Sequence record: PP763253.1
Reading direction: 5' to 3' (one strand)
From: Acinetobacter phage Ab1-TPeters
Length of the DNA: 64,000 nt
The position numbers and the translations under genes were made by a program. The notes beneath the pieces are model-generated. The model made no database searches. It saw only the letters and a program-made list of their open reading frames with translations, and was not told where the DNA came from. Positions 18,476-26,973 of this stretch are shown piece by piece (within the stretch, counting starts at the first letter, position 1; each line of letters starts with the position of its first letter).

Positions 18476-18861
18476 GATTTGGAGTGGTGGCTCCAATAGA
18501 TAACTTAAGCTCAGCTATGAGAGAGCTTCTCTGATTTATTGACGAGTAGATCTTAAGGAGAGGACGTCAGTGCAATCCCGACAGTTATCGAGTAGGTACG
18601 TCTATGCTTCCTACTTAAAACCAGAATAGCATAGGTCTTGGAAAGTGACTGTCTTTCTAGGTTGATAACCTAGTAATTACTCATGTAATTGCTAAATAAT
18701 CTGGAGATATTATGATTGCGCACACGTTCTTGACTCCTTAGTAATTAAACAAGACGGTAAGAGACCAACGTCCTGTAAGTCTCAAGGTAGGATCGTACCT
18801 ACAAGTGGTTAGTTGAAATAGACTGTGTTAGATCACGTGACTGCTGAAAACTCTGGAAATA

Positions 18862-18936
18862 GGGACTGTAGCTGGAAGGTTCAAGCGTTCGACTCATAAT
18901 CGATTGATCTGGGTTCAATTCCCAGCAGTCCCACCA
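18862..18936 (+). tRNA. tRNA-Met (anticodon CAU; could be Met or lysidine-Ile)
   Basis: Acceptor GGGACTG/CAGTCCC is perfect. Anticodon stem TCGA/TCGA with loop CTCATAA. T-arm CTGGG-TTCAATT-CCCAG. Encoded ACCA. Coordinates +/-2. Confidence 0.75.
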
Positions 18937-18969
18937 TATTTCAAAATAACTACGCGCTGTAGTTTCTTA

Positions 18970-19004
18970 CCTGAGATGTTCCCCGATATCTCAGGTCTTT
19001 TTAT
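18970..19004 (+). terminator. rho-independent terminator (CCTGAGAT-GTTCCCCG-ATCTCAGG + TCTTTTTATTCTTT)
   Basis: About 35 nt downstream of tRNA-Met. Closes the tRNA transcription unit. Confidence 0.65.
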
Positions 19005-19493
19005 TCTTTAGTTATGGGAATGATGATAACGTCTAATCGCCTATTATAGCCTGAATTGGAATAATAGGACTGGGTAACTACGTAGTCCCAGCATTTCCAC
19101 CAGTTATTTAGGTAATTGTAATGAAAAGAAGTCACTCGAGAAGTACTTACCCTTTTGATAAACCGTTGCCTAGAGAGCTTAGCAGATGGTTTAACTCTCA
19201 AACTAAAAATGCTAAGAAAGTAGTTAAGAGTCTTCAGATTAGTAAGCAGAGATCTTACAATAAACAGTTATGTAAAGATGCCAGAGTAGAATCTGGATGT
19301 GCTAGTGACTGATCTAGTAAACGCTGCGACTTCTTCCCTCCGTCTGTCATAAAAGAAGTTCACGATCCATGAATACCAGCGTTAATGTGTAAACAGTCTA
19401 GACATAGGCAGAATTGTTTCAGTGGTGTAGTGAGCCACTGTGTCGAAAATCACTTTAGTCTGCTTCGGTGGACTATTTTCAGGATAAATAGCA

Positions 19494-19535
19494 ACTCAAA
19501 ATTGACTTCAAAAGCTGTTTAAAGTGTCGAAAAAT
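19494..19535 (+). promoter_or_regulatory. extended motif-2 repeat (CAACTCAAAATTGACTTCAAAAGCTGTTTAAAGTGTC)
   Basis: Third copy; upstream of the small TM ORF at 19542. Confidence 0.45.
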
Positions 19536-19541
19536 CCATGA

Positions 19542-19781
19542 GTGTTGCTAATGGGATTAGTATTCTTTACTGTGACAATCTGTCTTGTTATTTACATCTA
19601 TAAGGTGTATATGAAGGACGATGACATAACTCAACTTATGTCAATGAAACTAGAAGATATTGTAAGAGCACAGGCTCTAGCTGCTTTACTAGTTTTACTT
19701 ATATTCTTAGATATCTACTTCTTAGTAGACTTTCTAATTAGATTAGCCTTCGGAGATCTTCCTCTCCACAGCTATGAATAG
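19542..19781 (+). CDS. possible small two-TM membrane protein
   Basis: 79-aa ORF with two hydrophobic helices. It follows a motif-2 copy in the RNA-rich region and may start at an internal ATG. Weak. Confidence 0.25.
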   Translation: MLLMGLVFFTVTICLVIYIYKVYMKDDDITQLMSMKLEDIVRAQALAALLVLLIFLDIYFLVDFLIRLAFGDLPLHSYE

Positions 19782-20132
19782 TCTTGAAATGGTGGTGTTC
19801 CACTGAGCTTACTCGCCTATAATGAGCTCCCTCCAGTTGTAAGAGTAGTACTGGACAGATCCGGAAGGATTTGAAACTGAAGACCCATTGAAGTAACTGC
19901 ACGTTGCCCACTTACGTGTTAGTTAGGGTAAATTCAGGTGCGAGGTTTACTTAAGTGGGAAATGAGCCATGGCGTAAGAGTCGAAGACTGAGACTCAAGG
20001 GGAGTGCTCGGGATGGCGAACCACTCCCGTATCCTATCTATCCAGGGGGATGAAATAAGCGAGTGGAATCACTATCTTATTTTAATAAACTTACTAACTT
20101 ACCTGATTGATTTGAATCATTGATTTATTTCA

Positions 20133-20567
20133 GTGATCTATCTATCTGGATTAACTAACTGGAATTATTCAATGAATAGAATAATCAGCATATTGAATCG
20201 ATTGAAATTTAGTAATCTTAAACTCCAGACTTACAAAGATGAGTTCATCATTGTACGTAGAACTGGCCTTTCAGAACCTAATAACGTAGTAGCAATTCTA
20301 GTTCCATTAAATAATAAAGTAATAAATGCTTATTATGGATTTAAGCTAGAAGGATCTGAACTTACAGAATGTAAATATGTAGCTAATCTTAATGTAGAAC
20401 GTGTCCAGCCATTCTTATCTGCTTTATTTAAAAATCTATCTAATACAGATCTGGCAGTCTCGATTAACTTATGGATTACTAATACTAAACTAGAAGTGAA
20501 ATCAGTTCCATCTATGTTAGCAGAGCTTTACACCTCAGCTTCAGATGAGGACTTCTTTGATGAATAA
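20133..20567 (+). CDS. hypothetical protein
   Basis: 144-aa ORF. The track start looks non-ATG. Confidence 0.4.
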   Translation: MIYLSGLTNWNYSMNRIISILNRLKFSNLKLQTYKDEFIIVRRTGLSEPNNVVAILVPLNNKVINAYYGFKLEGSELTECKYVANLNVERVQPFLSALFKNLSNTDLAVSINLWITNTKLEVKSVPSMLAELYTSASDEDFFDE

Positions 20568-20817
20568 ACCAGAAGTAGTCTGGAGTAACAAAGATAAAGA
20601 TGTTAAAATTACGATATCTTTAGAGTCTTCAAATGGACGTTTATTCTTTGCCGGAGTTGGTGTAAGGTTAAGTACTGGTAAGGAAATGAGTAGACATTCA
20701 GCTGATGTACTTGAAGATGTAATGAAATGGGCAGTAATGGGAGGAGCTAGATTCCTGATGGATGACGCTATCTTTCTGAAGAAAGCCTACCAAGCAGAAG
20801 TTGAGAAATTAAAATGA
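20560..20817 (+). CDS. hypothetical protein
   Basis: Start placed at the ATG overlapping the upstream stop (track 20545). Confidence 0.4.
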   Translation: MNKPEVVWSNKDKDVKITISLESSNGRLFFAGVGVRLSTGKEMSRHSADVLEDVMKWAVMGGARFLMDDAIFLKKAYQAEVEKLK

Positions 20818-21830
20818 CACGAATAAGTGAATTAGTTAATAAACATAATCAGGTAGTTCCTGTTGAAGAAGCTATCCAGTTCGCTGCTAAGACTGAAGGT
20901 CGATACATGAAATATGTTGAGATGCTTAGTGGTAAGCTAAATTTAGGTGCTTTCTTAGGTCTAGTAAACATCAGTAAAGGTTATAAATTACCCCGCTATG
21001 TAGGCTTTACTTATGAGAAAGGCGTGATTGTAGCTAAGTGGACTAAGAAGAACTCTGGACATCTAGACCAGTTCATCCGAGTTAAGCTATATAAACGACC
21101 TAAACCAGGTGATTTCTCAATGACAGAGGAAGGTGTTGTTTCATTAAACGGAACTGAATCTGAGAATATTAGTAAGTTAAACACAGCTAAACAGATTGTG
21201 GTTAGTCTGGATCGAGAGCTTAAATTAGCTACTCCTGAAGAAGTGGAAAAAGACACTAAAGAGATTGAAGAACCCACTAAACTCAGCTCAGGAAAGACAA
21301 AGGTCATTGATCGAATAGAGAAAGTAAGTTTCGGAACAAAGTTTCATCTAAGCAAAAACGTTGAGCTATCTAGTGTTTCAGCTTACGTGAACAAAATTAT
21401 GAAAGAAAAGACTGGGTCTGCTGTTTCAGCTGCACCTAATTTTATTCTTGTAGAAAATCCTAATTTAGTAGAATTAGCTAAAAAAGTTATTGAAAGCTAC
21501 GACCCTAAAGCAGTAGTTAAAGCTCCTGAAGTGAAGAAAGCAGCTAAACCTAGCTCAAGTGCGAGATCTTCAGACAAGTTCGGTTTTGTTAAGGGTTCTG
21601 GTAAAGTTCCTCAACTCAAAGTAGGTACTCCAATCACAGTAAGAATGCCTGGTGGAACTAGATCAGGAACTATCACTGAAGAATGGAATATTGAATTTAG
21701 TGATAATAAAAACGATTTCACTGTGTCATATGAAAACAAAGATGGCGGTTGGTGGGCTTACGTTAGTGATATCGTATCTATTAATTACAAACCAGCCTCG
21801 AGTTATCCTGAATTAAATAAATTAAGATAA
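20814..21830 (+). CDS. hypothetical protein with conserved N-terminal leader 'MTRISELV' (leader-family member)
   Basis: 338 aa. The N-terminus resembles the MTRIGKILEINESL family below. Confidence 0.5.
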   Translation: MTRISELVNKHNQVVPVEEAIQFAAKTEGRYMKYVEMLSGKLNLGAFLGLVNISKGYKLPRYVGFTYEKGVIVAKWTKKNSGHLDQFIRVKLYKRPKPGDFSMTEEGVVSLNGTESENISKLNTAKQIVVSLDRELKLATPEEVEKDTKEIEEPTKLSSGKTKVIDRIEKVSFGTKFHLSKNVELSSVSAYVNKIMKEKTGSAVSAAPNFILVENPNLVELAKKVIESYDPKAVVKAPEVKKAAKPSSSARSSDKFGFVKGSGKVPQLKVGTPITVRMPGGTRSGTITEEWNIEFSDNKNDFTVSYENKDGGWWAYVSDIVSINYKPASSYPELNKLR

Positions 21831-21831
21831 T

Positions 21832-21872
21832 CCTGTTTCTTAAAAACTTCATAAGCCTGTTAAATTGTACAG
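21832..21872 (+). promoter_or_regulatory. motif-1 bipartite element CCTGTTTCTTAA-N11-CCTGTTAAATTGTACAGG
   Basis: Immediately after the stop of 20814..21830; 28 nt upstream of 21900. Confidence 0.5.
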
Positions 21873-21899
21873 GTTAAACCCAGGTAAAGGTAAATTAAA

Positions 21900-22202
21900 A
21901 TGACACGTATCGGTAAATTATTAGAAATTAACGAGTCTCTGAAAGTCGAAGAATCTAAAGTTTCTCCTGCTTGGACGACTACAGATAGACGAGAAATCTC
22001 GAAAGAAAAATTTGATGGTCTACTTTGGGAAATGACTTCCTCATTAAGAGGAAAAAGAGATCCATACCCTAGTGTAAATTCTTGGTCTTCAAAAGGAATA
22101 ACTGGAAATCAAAGATATGTTCGAAATTCTGGGTTTAGAACAATTGAATCTCAACACCACCTAGAAAGTGGACAAACTAAATATTTTATATTTAATAAAT
22201 AA
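21900..22202 (+). CDS. small protein with conserved N-terminal leader 'MTRIGKLLEINESL'
   Basis: 100 aa. Preceded by a motif-1 bipartite element. Confidence 0.55.
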   Translation: MTRIGKLLEINESLKVEESKVSPAWTTTDRREISKEKFDGLLWEMTSSLRGKRDPYPSVNSWSSKGITGNQRYVRNSGFRTIESQHHLESGQTKYFIFNK

Positions 22203-22214
22203 AGGTAAATCAAA

Positions 22215-22601
22215 ATGACACGTATTTCTCAAATTCTTGATATGAAAGCTAGGCTTGGTGATGTTAATGAATCTAAAAAGTCAGCTACTGTAAAGGAAGT
22301 TGAAGAATTTATTGGAAGAATTTCTAACAGCAGCCAAGTTGATGTTACTTTTGAAGGCGCAGGTAAATCACATGCTGTCTTTACTCCAGCTACAAGCTTC
22401 GATTTAAAAGGTACTTGGATCTCATTGTTAAAATTAGTTGGTTCAGAAAATGCTAAGTTTGAACCAACTAAAGAGACTAAAGAAGGGAAAGTATCAACTT
22501 GCACGTTTACTTTATCAGATGGTTCATTAAAAGCAACTCGACTTTTAACAAAACGTGGAGTAAAAGAGTTTGTCGCTAGCATAGAACTCATCCTTAAATA
22601 A
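22215..22601 (+). CDS. small protein with leader 'MTRISQILDMKARLGDVNES'
   Basis: 128-aa family member. Confidence 0.5.
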   Translation: MTRISQILDMKARLGDVNESKKSATVKEVEEFIGRISNSSQVDVTFEGAGKSHAVFTPATSFDLKGTWISLLKLVGSENAKFEPTKETKEGKVSTCTFTLSDGSLKATRLLTKRGVKEFVASIELILK

Positions 22602-22602
22602 T

Positions 22603-22655
22603 CCTGTTCCTTAAAATTTGCTGGAGCCTGTTTGTGTAACGGGCTTCGGTTCGCC
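22603..22655 (+). promoter_or_regulatory. motif-1 variant (CCTGTTCCTTAA-N12-CCTGTTTGTGTAA + hairpin GGGCTTCGGTTCGCC)
   Basis: Between 22215..22601 and the beta-prime C-terminal gene. Confidence 0.45.
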
Positions 22656-22683
22656 TAATATAATATCTCTGGAGTAATAAAGT

Positions 22684-24207
22684 ATGAATCCACATGTATC
22701 AAAGGATATGAATGAAATCCACCGCCTATTGGATATGAAGATTCTTAAATTGGGTTCTGCAGTTAAATTTAAAATGGAAGATGGCTGGGTTGATACTACA
22801 GCTGGACGTCTTCTAGTTTGGGAAATCTCTGGTTATCTTCCAGATGACTTCTTGAATAAATCAACAATTAAGAAGTTGATTACACATATCAACAGAAACT
22901 ACCCTGCAGCTGAAGCACTTCGTAGATTGAAGCGAGTTCAACAAATCGGATTTGAAACATCTACACAGAGTGGCATCTCACTTTGCTATGATGACTTTAA
23001 ATTCGACTTTGGAATTGACTTTAAAGAAGTTGAAGGTCAATTATCTAAGATGGAAAAAGATGAGCGTGTTGAGTATGCAGATAAGATTATCAATGAATGC
23101 ACAGCACGTTGGTGGAATGAGGTTGATAAGTCTAATCCTCTTCGTAAGATGGGCGTATCTGGAGCACGTGTAACTGATACCCAAGTTCGTCAAATGATTG
23201 TAGCTAAGGGCATCCTTGGTTCAATGGATGGCAGTATTGCTGATTATCCTATTATGGAATCACTTACAACTGGATTGGGAGTTAATAATTACTTCCAGAC
23301 ATGTGGCCCAGCTCGACGTGGTCTAGCTGATAACTTCTTCGTAGTTCCAGCGTCAGGTTACTTTGCTCGTCAGTTAGTTACTGTTGCACGTGACCTTAAA
23401 ATGGTTGAACATGATTGTGAGACAGTTGAGACGATTTACGTTCCAATTGAATTAGCTCGAGGTCGACATGAGTTAGGTAATCCGAATATCTTGACTAAGA
23501 AAGATATTGAGGAACGATCTGGTGAAATGATTAAGATGCGATCTCCAATTACATGTGAGTCAGCTCTAGGTGGAGTCTGTCAAAAATGTGCTGGTTTAGA
23601 TCCAGCTACTGAAGAGTACTGGCGTATTGGAATGGGTTTAGGTACAGCTTCAGGACAACATGTATCAGAACCTACCACTCAGTTAGGTTTACGTGGTAAG
23701 CACTTGTCAGGTGGTGTGACTCTAGCTGGATTGAAGAAGAATGTAAGTAACGTTCTTGCAGATACATTGAAGACACTAGGTGGTAAGGGTACTCACTTGA
23801 TTGGACCTCAACTAAGTAGCGCTAAAGGATTCCATGAGTATTACGCTGAAGAGAAAGATTGGGTCAAAGCTACAACTAATATTATGTTAGTGGTAACTGA
23901 CATCTTTAAGAATGCTGGAACGAACATCGCTTCAGTTCACTTTGAGATGATTCTTCGTGGTTGTACTGATATCGTCCAGCTAGCTGATGGAACTTCAGGT
24001 CTACGTTCTTTGGGTGCTGAGGGTCGAGTTATGCCGATTCATGTACACGGATATGGTCGTAAGGTTCCTAGCTGGTTGAAGCGACTAGGTTACGGTTACG
24101 TAAATGAGACCATTAAGAAAGCGGTTACTACAATGGAGCCGTCACTTGGTGGATATACAGAGCAAATTATTATGGCTCAATTCGAACACTTAGAAGAAGC
24201 TGAATAA
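22684..24207 (+). CDS. multisubunit RNA polymerase beta-prime subunit, C-terminal half (split gene)
   Basis: 'TTAGRLLVWEI..LP' aligns to the beta-prime region around E. coli residue 800. 'ASGQHVSEPTTQLGLRGKHLSGG' matches the trigger-loop/G-loop signature '[21 protein letters not shown]'. No N-terminal zinc finger or NADFDGD motif, so this is a C-terminal fragment encoded on its own. Confidence 0.7.
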   Translation: MNPHVSKDMNEIHRLLDMKILKLGSAVKFKMEDGWVDTTAGRLLVWEISGYLPDDFLNKSTIKKLITHINRNYPAAEALRRLKRVQQIGFETSTQSGISLCYDDFKFDFGIDFKEVEGQLSKMEKDERVEYADKIINECTARWWNEVDKSNPLRKMGVSGARVTDTQVRQMIVAKGILGSMDGSIADYPIMESLTTGLGVNNYFQTCGPARRGLADNFFVVPASGYFARQLVTVARDLKMVEHDCETVETIYVPIELARGRHELGNPNILTKKDIEERSGEMIKMRSPITCESALGGVCQKCAGLDPATEEYWRIGMGLGTASGQHVSEPTTQLGLRGKHLSGGVTLAGLKKNVSNVLADTLKTLGGKGTHLIGPQLSSAKGFHEYYAEEKDWVKATTNIMLVVTDIFKNAGTNIASVHFEMILRGCTDIVQLADGTSGLRSLGAEGRVMPIHVHGYGRKVPSWLKRLGYGYVNETIKKAVTTMEPSLGGYTEQIIMAQFEHLEEAE

Positions 24208-24216
24208 GCTTCTTCA

Positions 24217-24426
24217 TTGGAGAATAAAATGACTACACGCATTGGTAAAATTTTAGAAATTAATGAATCTTTGTCTAAAGTTTCTGAAGCTGAAAAAGGC
24301 TTTAGTCCGGAACTAAAACAAAAACTAGCTAAACTAAGAGAGAAATTTAATAAAGGTGAAATCTCTGTTGACTACTATAAGGCTATGTCTGAAAGAGCTA
24401 TTAAAGCAGAGCAAGAATCTAAATAA
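24217..24426 (+). CDS. small protein with leader 'MTTRIGKILEINESL'
   Basis: 69-aa family member. Confidence 0.5.
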   Translation: MENKMTTRIGKILEINESLSKVSEAEKGFSPELKQKLAKLREKFNKGEISVDYYKAMSERAIKAEQESK

Positions 24427-24427
24427 T

Positions 24428-24481
24428 CCTGTTTCTTAACAAATCCTAAAACCTGTTTGGTTGTGGGCGGGAGTTCCCCGC
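24428..24481 (+). promoter_or_regulatory. motif-1 (CCTGTTTCTTAA-N12-CCTGTTTGGTTGT + hairpin GCGGGAGTTCCCCGC)
   Basis: Upstream of 24486. Confidence 0.5.
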
Positions 24482-24485
24482 TGTT

Positions 24486-24968
24486 TTGTTAAGGAAATTT
24501 ATTATGACTACAATGGCTACAGCTTTAAACCAGATCGCTAATATTGCTTCAGCTTCACCTTGGGATGAAGCTGCAATCCTTAAGAGCAAGATGTCTACAG
24601 ATCAGTTTACATTGCTTGATCTTAAGGATCACATCGATAACTTCCTTGTTAAGGCAACTAAGACTGAGACATGTGAACAGCGTGTTGAGAAAATGAAACT
24701 GGTTGCGTTCAAGTATATCTCTATCCCAATGGGCTCATACTACGGTGATCTCTGGTATGGTTTGAAGAAGTCTGACGTTCCAATGCTTCAGGCTCAAATC
24801 GCTTCAGGTCACAATATGTTAATAACCCCAGCTGACTTGGTTAAGTTAATTGAGATTCAGAAGAAGCGTGGTTATCAGTTTGTATTGAATCTGGAAGTGA
24901 ATCCAGCTGTAGCTAAACACACTGGAGTTGTAAATGTGCAACTTCGTAATATAACTGTGAATGGGTAA
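24486..24968 (+). CDS. hypothetical protein
   Basis: 160 aa. Preceded by a motif-1 element plus a GC hairpin. Confidence 0.5.
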   Translation: MLRKFIMTTMATALNQIANIASASPWDEAAILKSKMSTDQFTLLDLKDHIDNFLVKATKTETCEQRVEKMKLVAFKYISIPMGSYYGDLWYGLKKSDVPMLQAQIASGHNMLITPADLVKLIEIQKKRGYQFVLNLEVNPAVAKHTGVVNVQLRNITVNG

Positions 24969-24973
24969 TCCAG

Positions 24974-25315
24974 ATGACTACGAGAATTGGTAAATTATTA
25001 AGCAGTAAACAAGCTCTTTCAGAAGTTACTGAATCATCTAAATTTGGTGATTGGCCAGATAATTTCAAGAAAGCTGACGCTCCATTTAATAAAATTAAAC
25101 AAGGTGATACCTTAGTATTTAACAAAGATGAAGAAACAGGCTACACTCCTGAAGGGATAGCTGTGTTTATGTCAGTAAACAATCACATTCTTATTAAACC
25201 TAAAACTAAAGCACCTGGTTCTTTACATCGTGATTTAGTAAGTATGGATGATGATAAATTGTACCTTATTCCTGGTTGGGAATTAGTTAAAGTAAACGGA
25301 AAACCTTTTAAATAA
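24974..25315 (+). CDS. small protein with leader 'MTTRIGKLLSSKQALSEVTES'
   Basis: 113-aa family member. Confidence 0.5.
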   Translation: MTTRIGKLLSSKQALSEVTESSKFGDWPDNFKKADAPFNKIKQGDTLVFNKDEETGYTPEGIAVFMSVNNHILIKPKTKAPGSLHRDLVSMDDDKLYLIPGWELVKVNGKPFK

Positions 25316-25327
25316 AGTAGGTGAAGT

Positions 25328-25606
25328 ATGAGCACACGTATTGGTAAAATCTTAGAAATTAACGAATCACTATCTAATGTAAATGAATCTACAACAAAAC
25401 CTGTAGCTTACCAAAGAGATGGTTGGGGTTATGCTATGATCAAAGAGGGTGGGTCTACTTATGTAGTTGCCCGTAAATCAGCTAGCCGTGATTATATGAA
25501 AGAAACTTTTGGTAGTGCAACTACAGCTAAGGAGCTATTTAAGATAGCTGAAACTCAGATGAGTAAAGGCTTCTTACTATATAAAGATGGAAAAAGAGTT
25601 GGTTAA
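25328..25606 (+). CDS. small protein with leader 'MSTRIGKILEINESL'
   Basis: 92-aa family member. Confidence 0.5.
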   Translation: MSTRIGKILEINESLSNVNESTTKPVAYQRDGWGYAMIKEGGSTYVVARKSASRDYMKETFGSATTAKELFKIAETQMSKGFLLYKDGKRVG

Positions 25607-25717
25607 TAAGCAATGAGCTTTTGGCCAAGTTATTATTAAATAAGCTTAAATAGCTTATTTTTATTAAATCCTGAATAAAAGGGATTGTACACTCAACACT
25701 CGAGATGGTTTATAACT

Positions 25718-26938
25718 ATGAAAACTATTATCAACGGCAATGTAATCTCTGTCAATGAAGCATTTACCGACCGTATGACACAGTACATTGACGATCGAGC
25801 TATTGATTATTTACGTAAAAACTTAGAAGACTCTAAGGCTACAGGTAAGCAATCAAAGTATGAATATTATTCAAACTTAGCAGATCGAACAAATGACCCT
25901 GTAATGAGAGTCTTCTATGAATTTGCTATGCTTCTTCCAGAAGAGCAAGCAATGAATTTAGCACGTGAGTATTATCAACGTGAAATTCGTTCAGGTACTA
26001 TTTCATATGATCAATATGAAGCAGAAAATGATGAAGGTGAATCAACTGGCGGTATGTTGAATACTAAGTTCTCAGTAAGCGCTGGTTTACTTGATAAAGG
26101 TATTTTCTCATCTATCGCTGCAGGTGAACGAGCTACTCCAGCACGTCAAGTAGAAGTTAACGATTTATTTGATAAGTTATTCTTTGAATATACTACTCGC
26201 CCAGCACGTTTAGTTCTTATTGCACGTTTACTTACAGGTTCTTCAACTGGACGAGTACGTAAGCATGACTCTGGTAAACTAGATTTATCTCGAGTAATGC
26301 ATCGCCTTCCTAAAGAGTACGCTGAAGTTATGGCTCAATATGAGCATTTCCTTGATTCAGGTATTCAAGAAGATGAGATTAGTGCTAAGGATCTTATCGT
26401 AGGTTGGAAACCGACTCAAGAACATCCAATCGAAATTAAGGGTATTTGGAACCACACAGCATGGCGTGATGGTCAACGTGATCTAGAAATTGCTATTCAC
26501 GATATGGTTGGTGACGGTTACGAAACTGTAGCTCAGATCCGTAAATTCTTTAACGTTAATGAAGAACTTATTACGTTTGAAGGAGGTGATCTGGATGAGG
26601 TTAATGAGTCAGCTCAAGAAGCTAACCGAATTAATAAAGCTATCGAGTTTATTCTTGCAGGTCAACCAGCTAAATATTCTGATGTAGTTCGTGCACTTAA
26701 GTTTGTTATTGCTGATAACTTAGCAACTAAATCACCAATGCTTAAGTCTAAATTATTTAAGAATCGTAAACCTAAATACGTTCTTGAAGCTATGTTGAAA
26801 ATGCTTAAGTCTGGGCGAGATGAACAAATCAAACAGGTTCAATTCGCTATTCTAGCTCCAGCATTGACACGTAACGTTAAAGCTAAGAAGATGATGATGA
26901 ACGTTTTGAATGCAAAAGGTCGTCAAGTATTAAAATAA
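25718..26938 (+). CDS. hypothetical protein
   Basis: About 406 aa from the internal ATG (track 25685). Followed by a GGGAGC..GCTCCC hairpin. Confidence 0.45.
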   Translation: MKTIINGNVISVNEAFTDRMTQYIDDRAIDYLRKNLEDSKATGKQSKYEYYSNLADRTNDPVMRVFYEFAMLLPEEQAMNLAREYYQREIRSGTISYDQYEAENDEGESTGGMLNTKFSVSAGLLDKGIFSSIAAGERATPARQVEVNDLFDKLFFEYTTRPARLVLIARLLTGSSTGRVRKHDSGKLDLSRVMHRLPKEYAEVMAQYEHFLDSGIQEDEISAKDLIVGWKPTQEHPIEIKGIWNHTAWRDGQRDLEIAIHDMVGDGYETVAQIRKFFNVNEELITFEGGDLDEVNESAQEANRINKAIEFILAGQPAKYSDVVRALKFVIADNLATKSPMLKSKLFKNRKPKYVLEAMLKMLKSGRDEQIKQVQFAILAPALTRNVKAKKMMMNVLNAKGRQVLK

Positions 26939-26973
26939 TCTAAGGGAGCTAATGCTCCCTGTTGGAGTTATAA

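Noticed and set aside
19960-20045. tRNA-like or tmRNA-like segment (GGGGAGTGCTCGGGATGGCGAACCACTCCC)
   Set aside because: No acceptable T-arm/T-loop (GGTTCGAATCC-like) or acceptor pairing could be built by eye. Left as unexplained structured sequence within the RNA-region finding.
17450-20130. CRISPR array or mobile element in the ORF-free region
   Set aside because: The repeated 45-nt units are only three and irregularly spaced, at about 680 and 1250 nt. That is not CRISPR-like. There is no transposase or integrase ORF and no terminal inverted repeats flanking a cargo. Interpreted as promoter-like repeats driving RNA genes instead.
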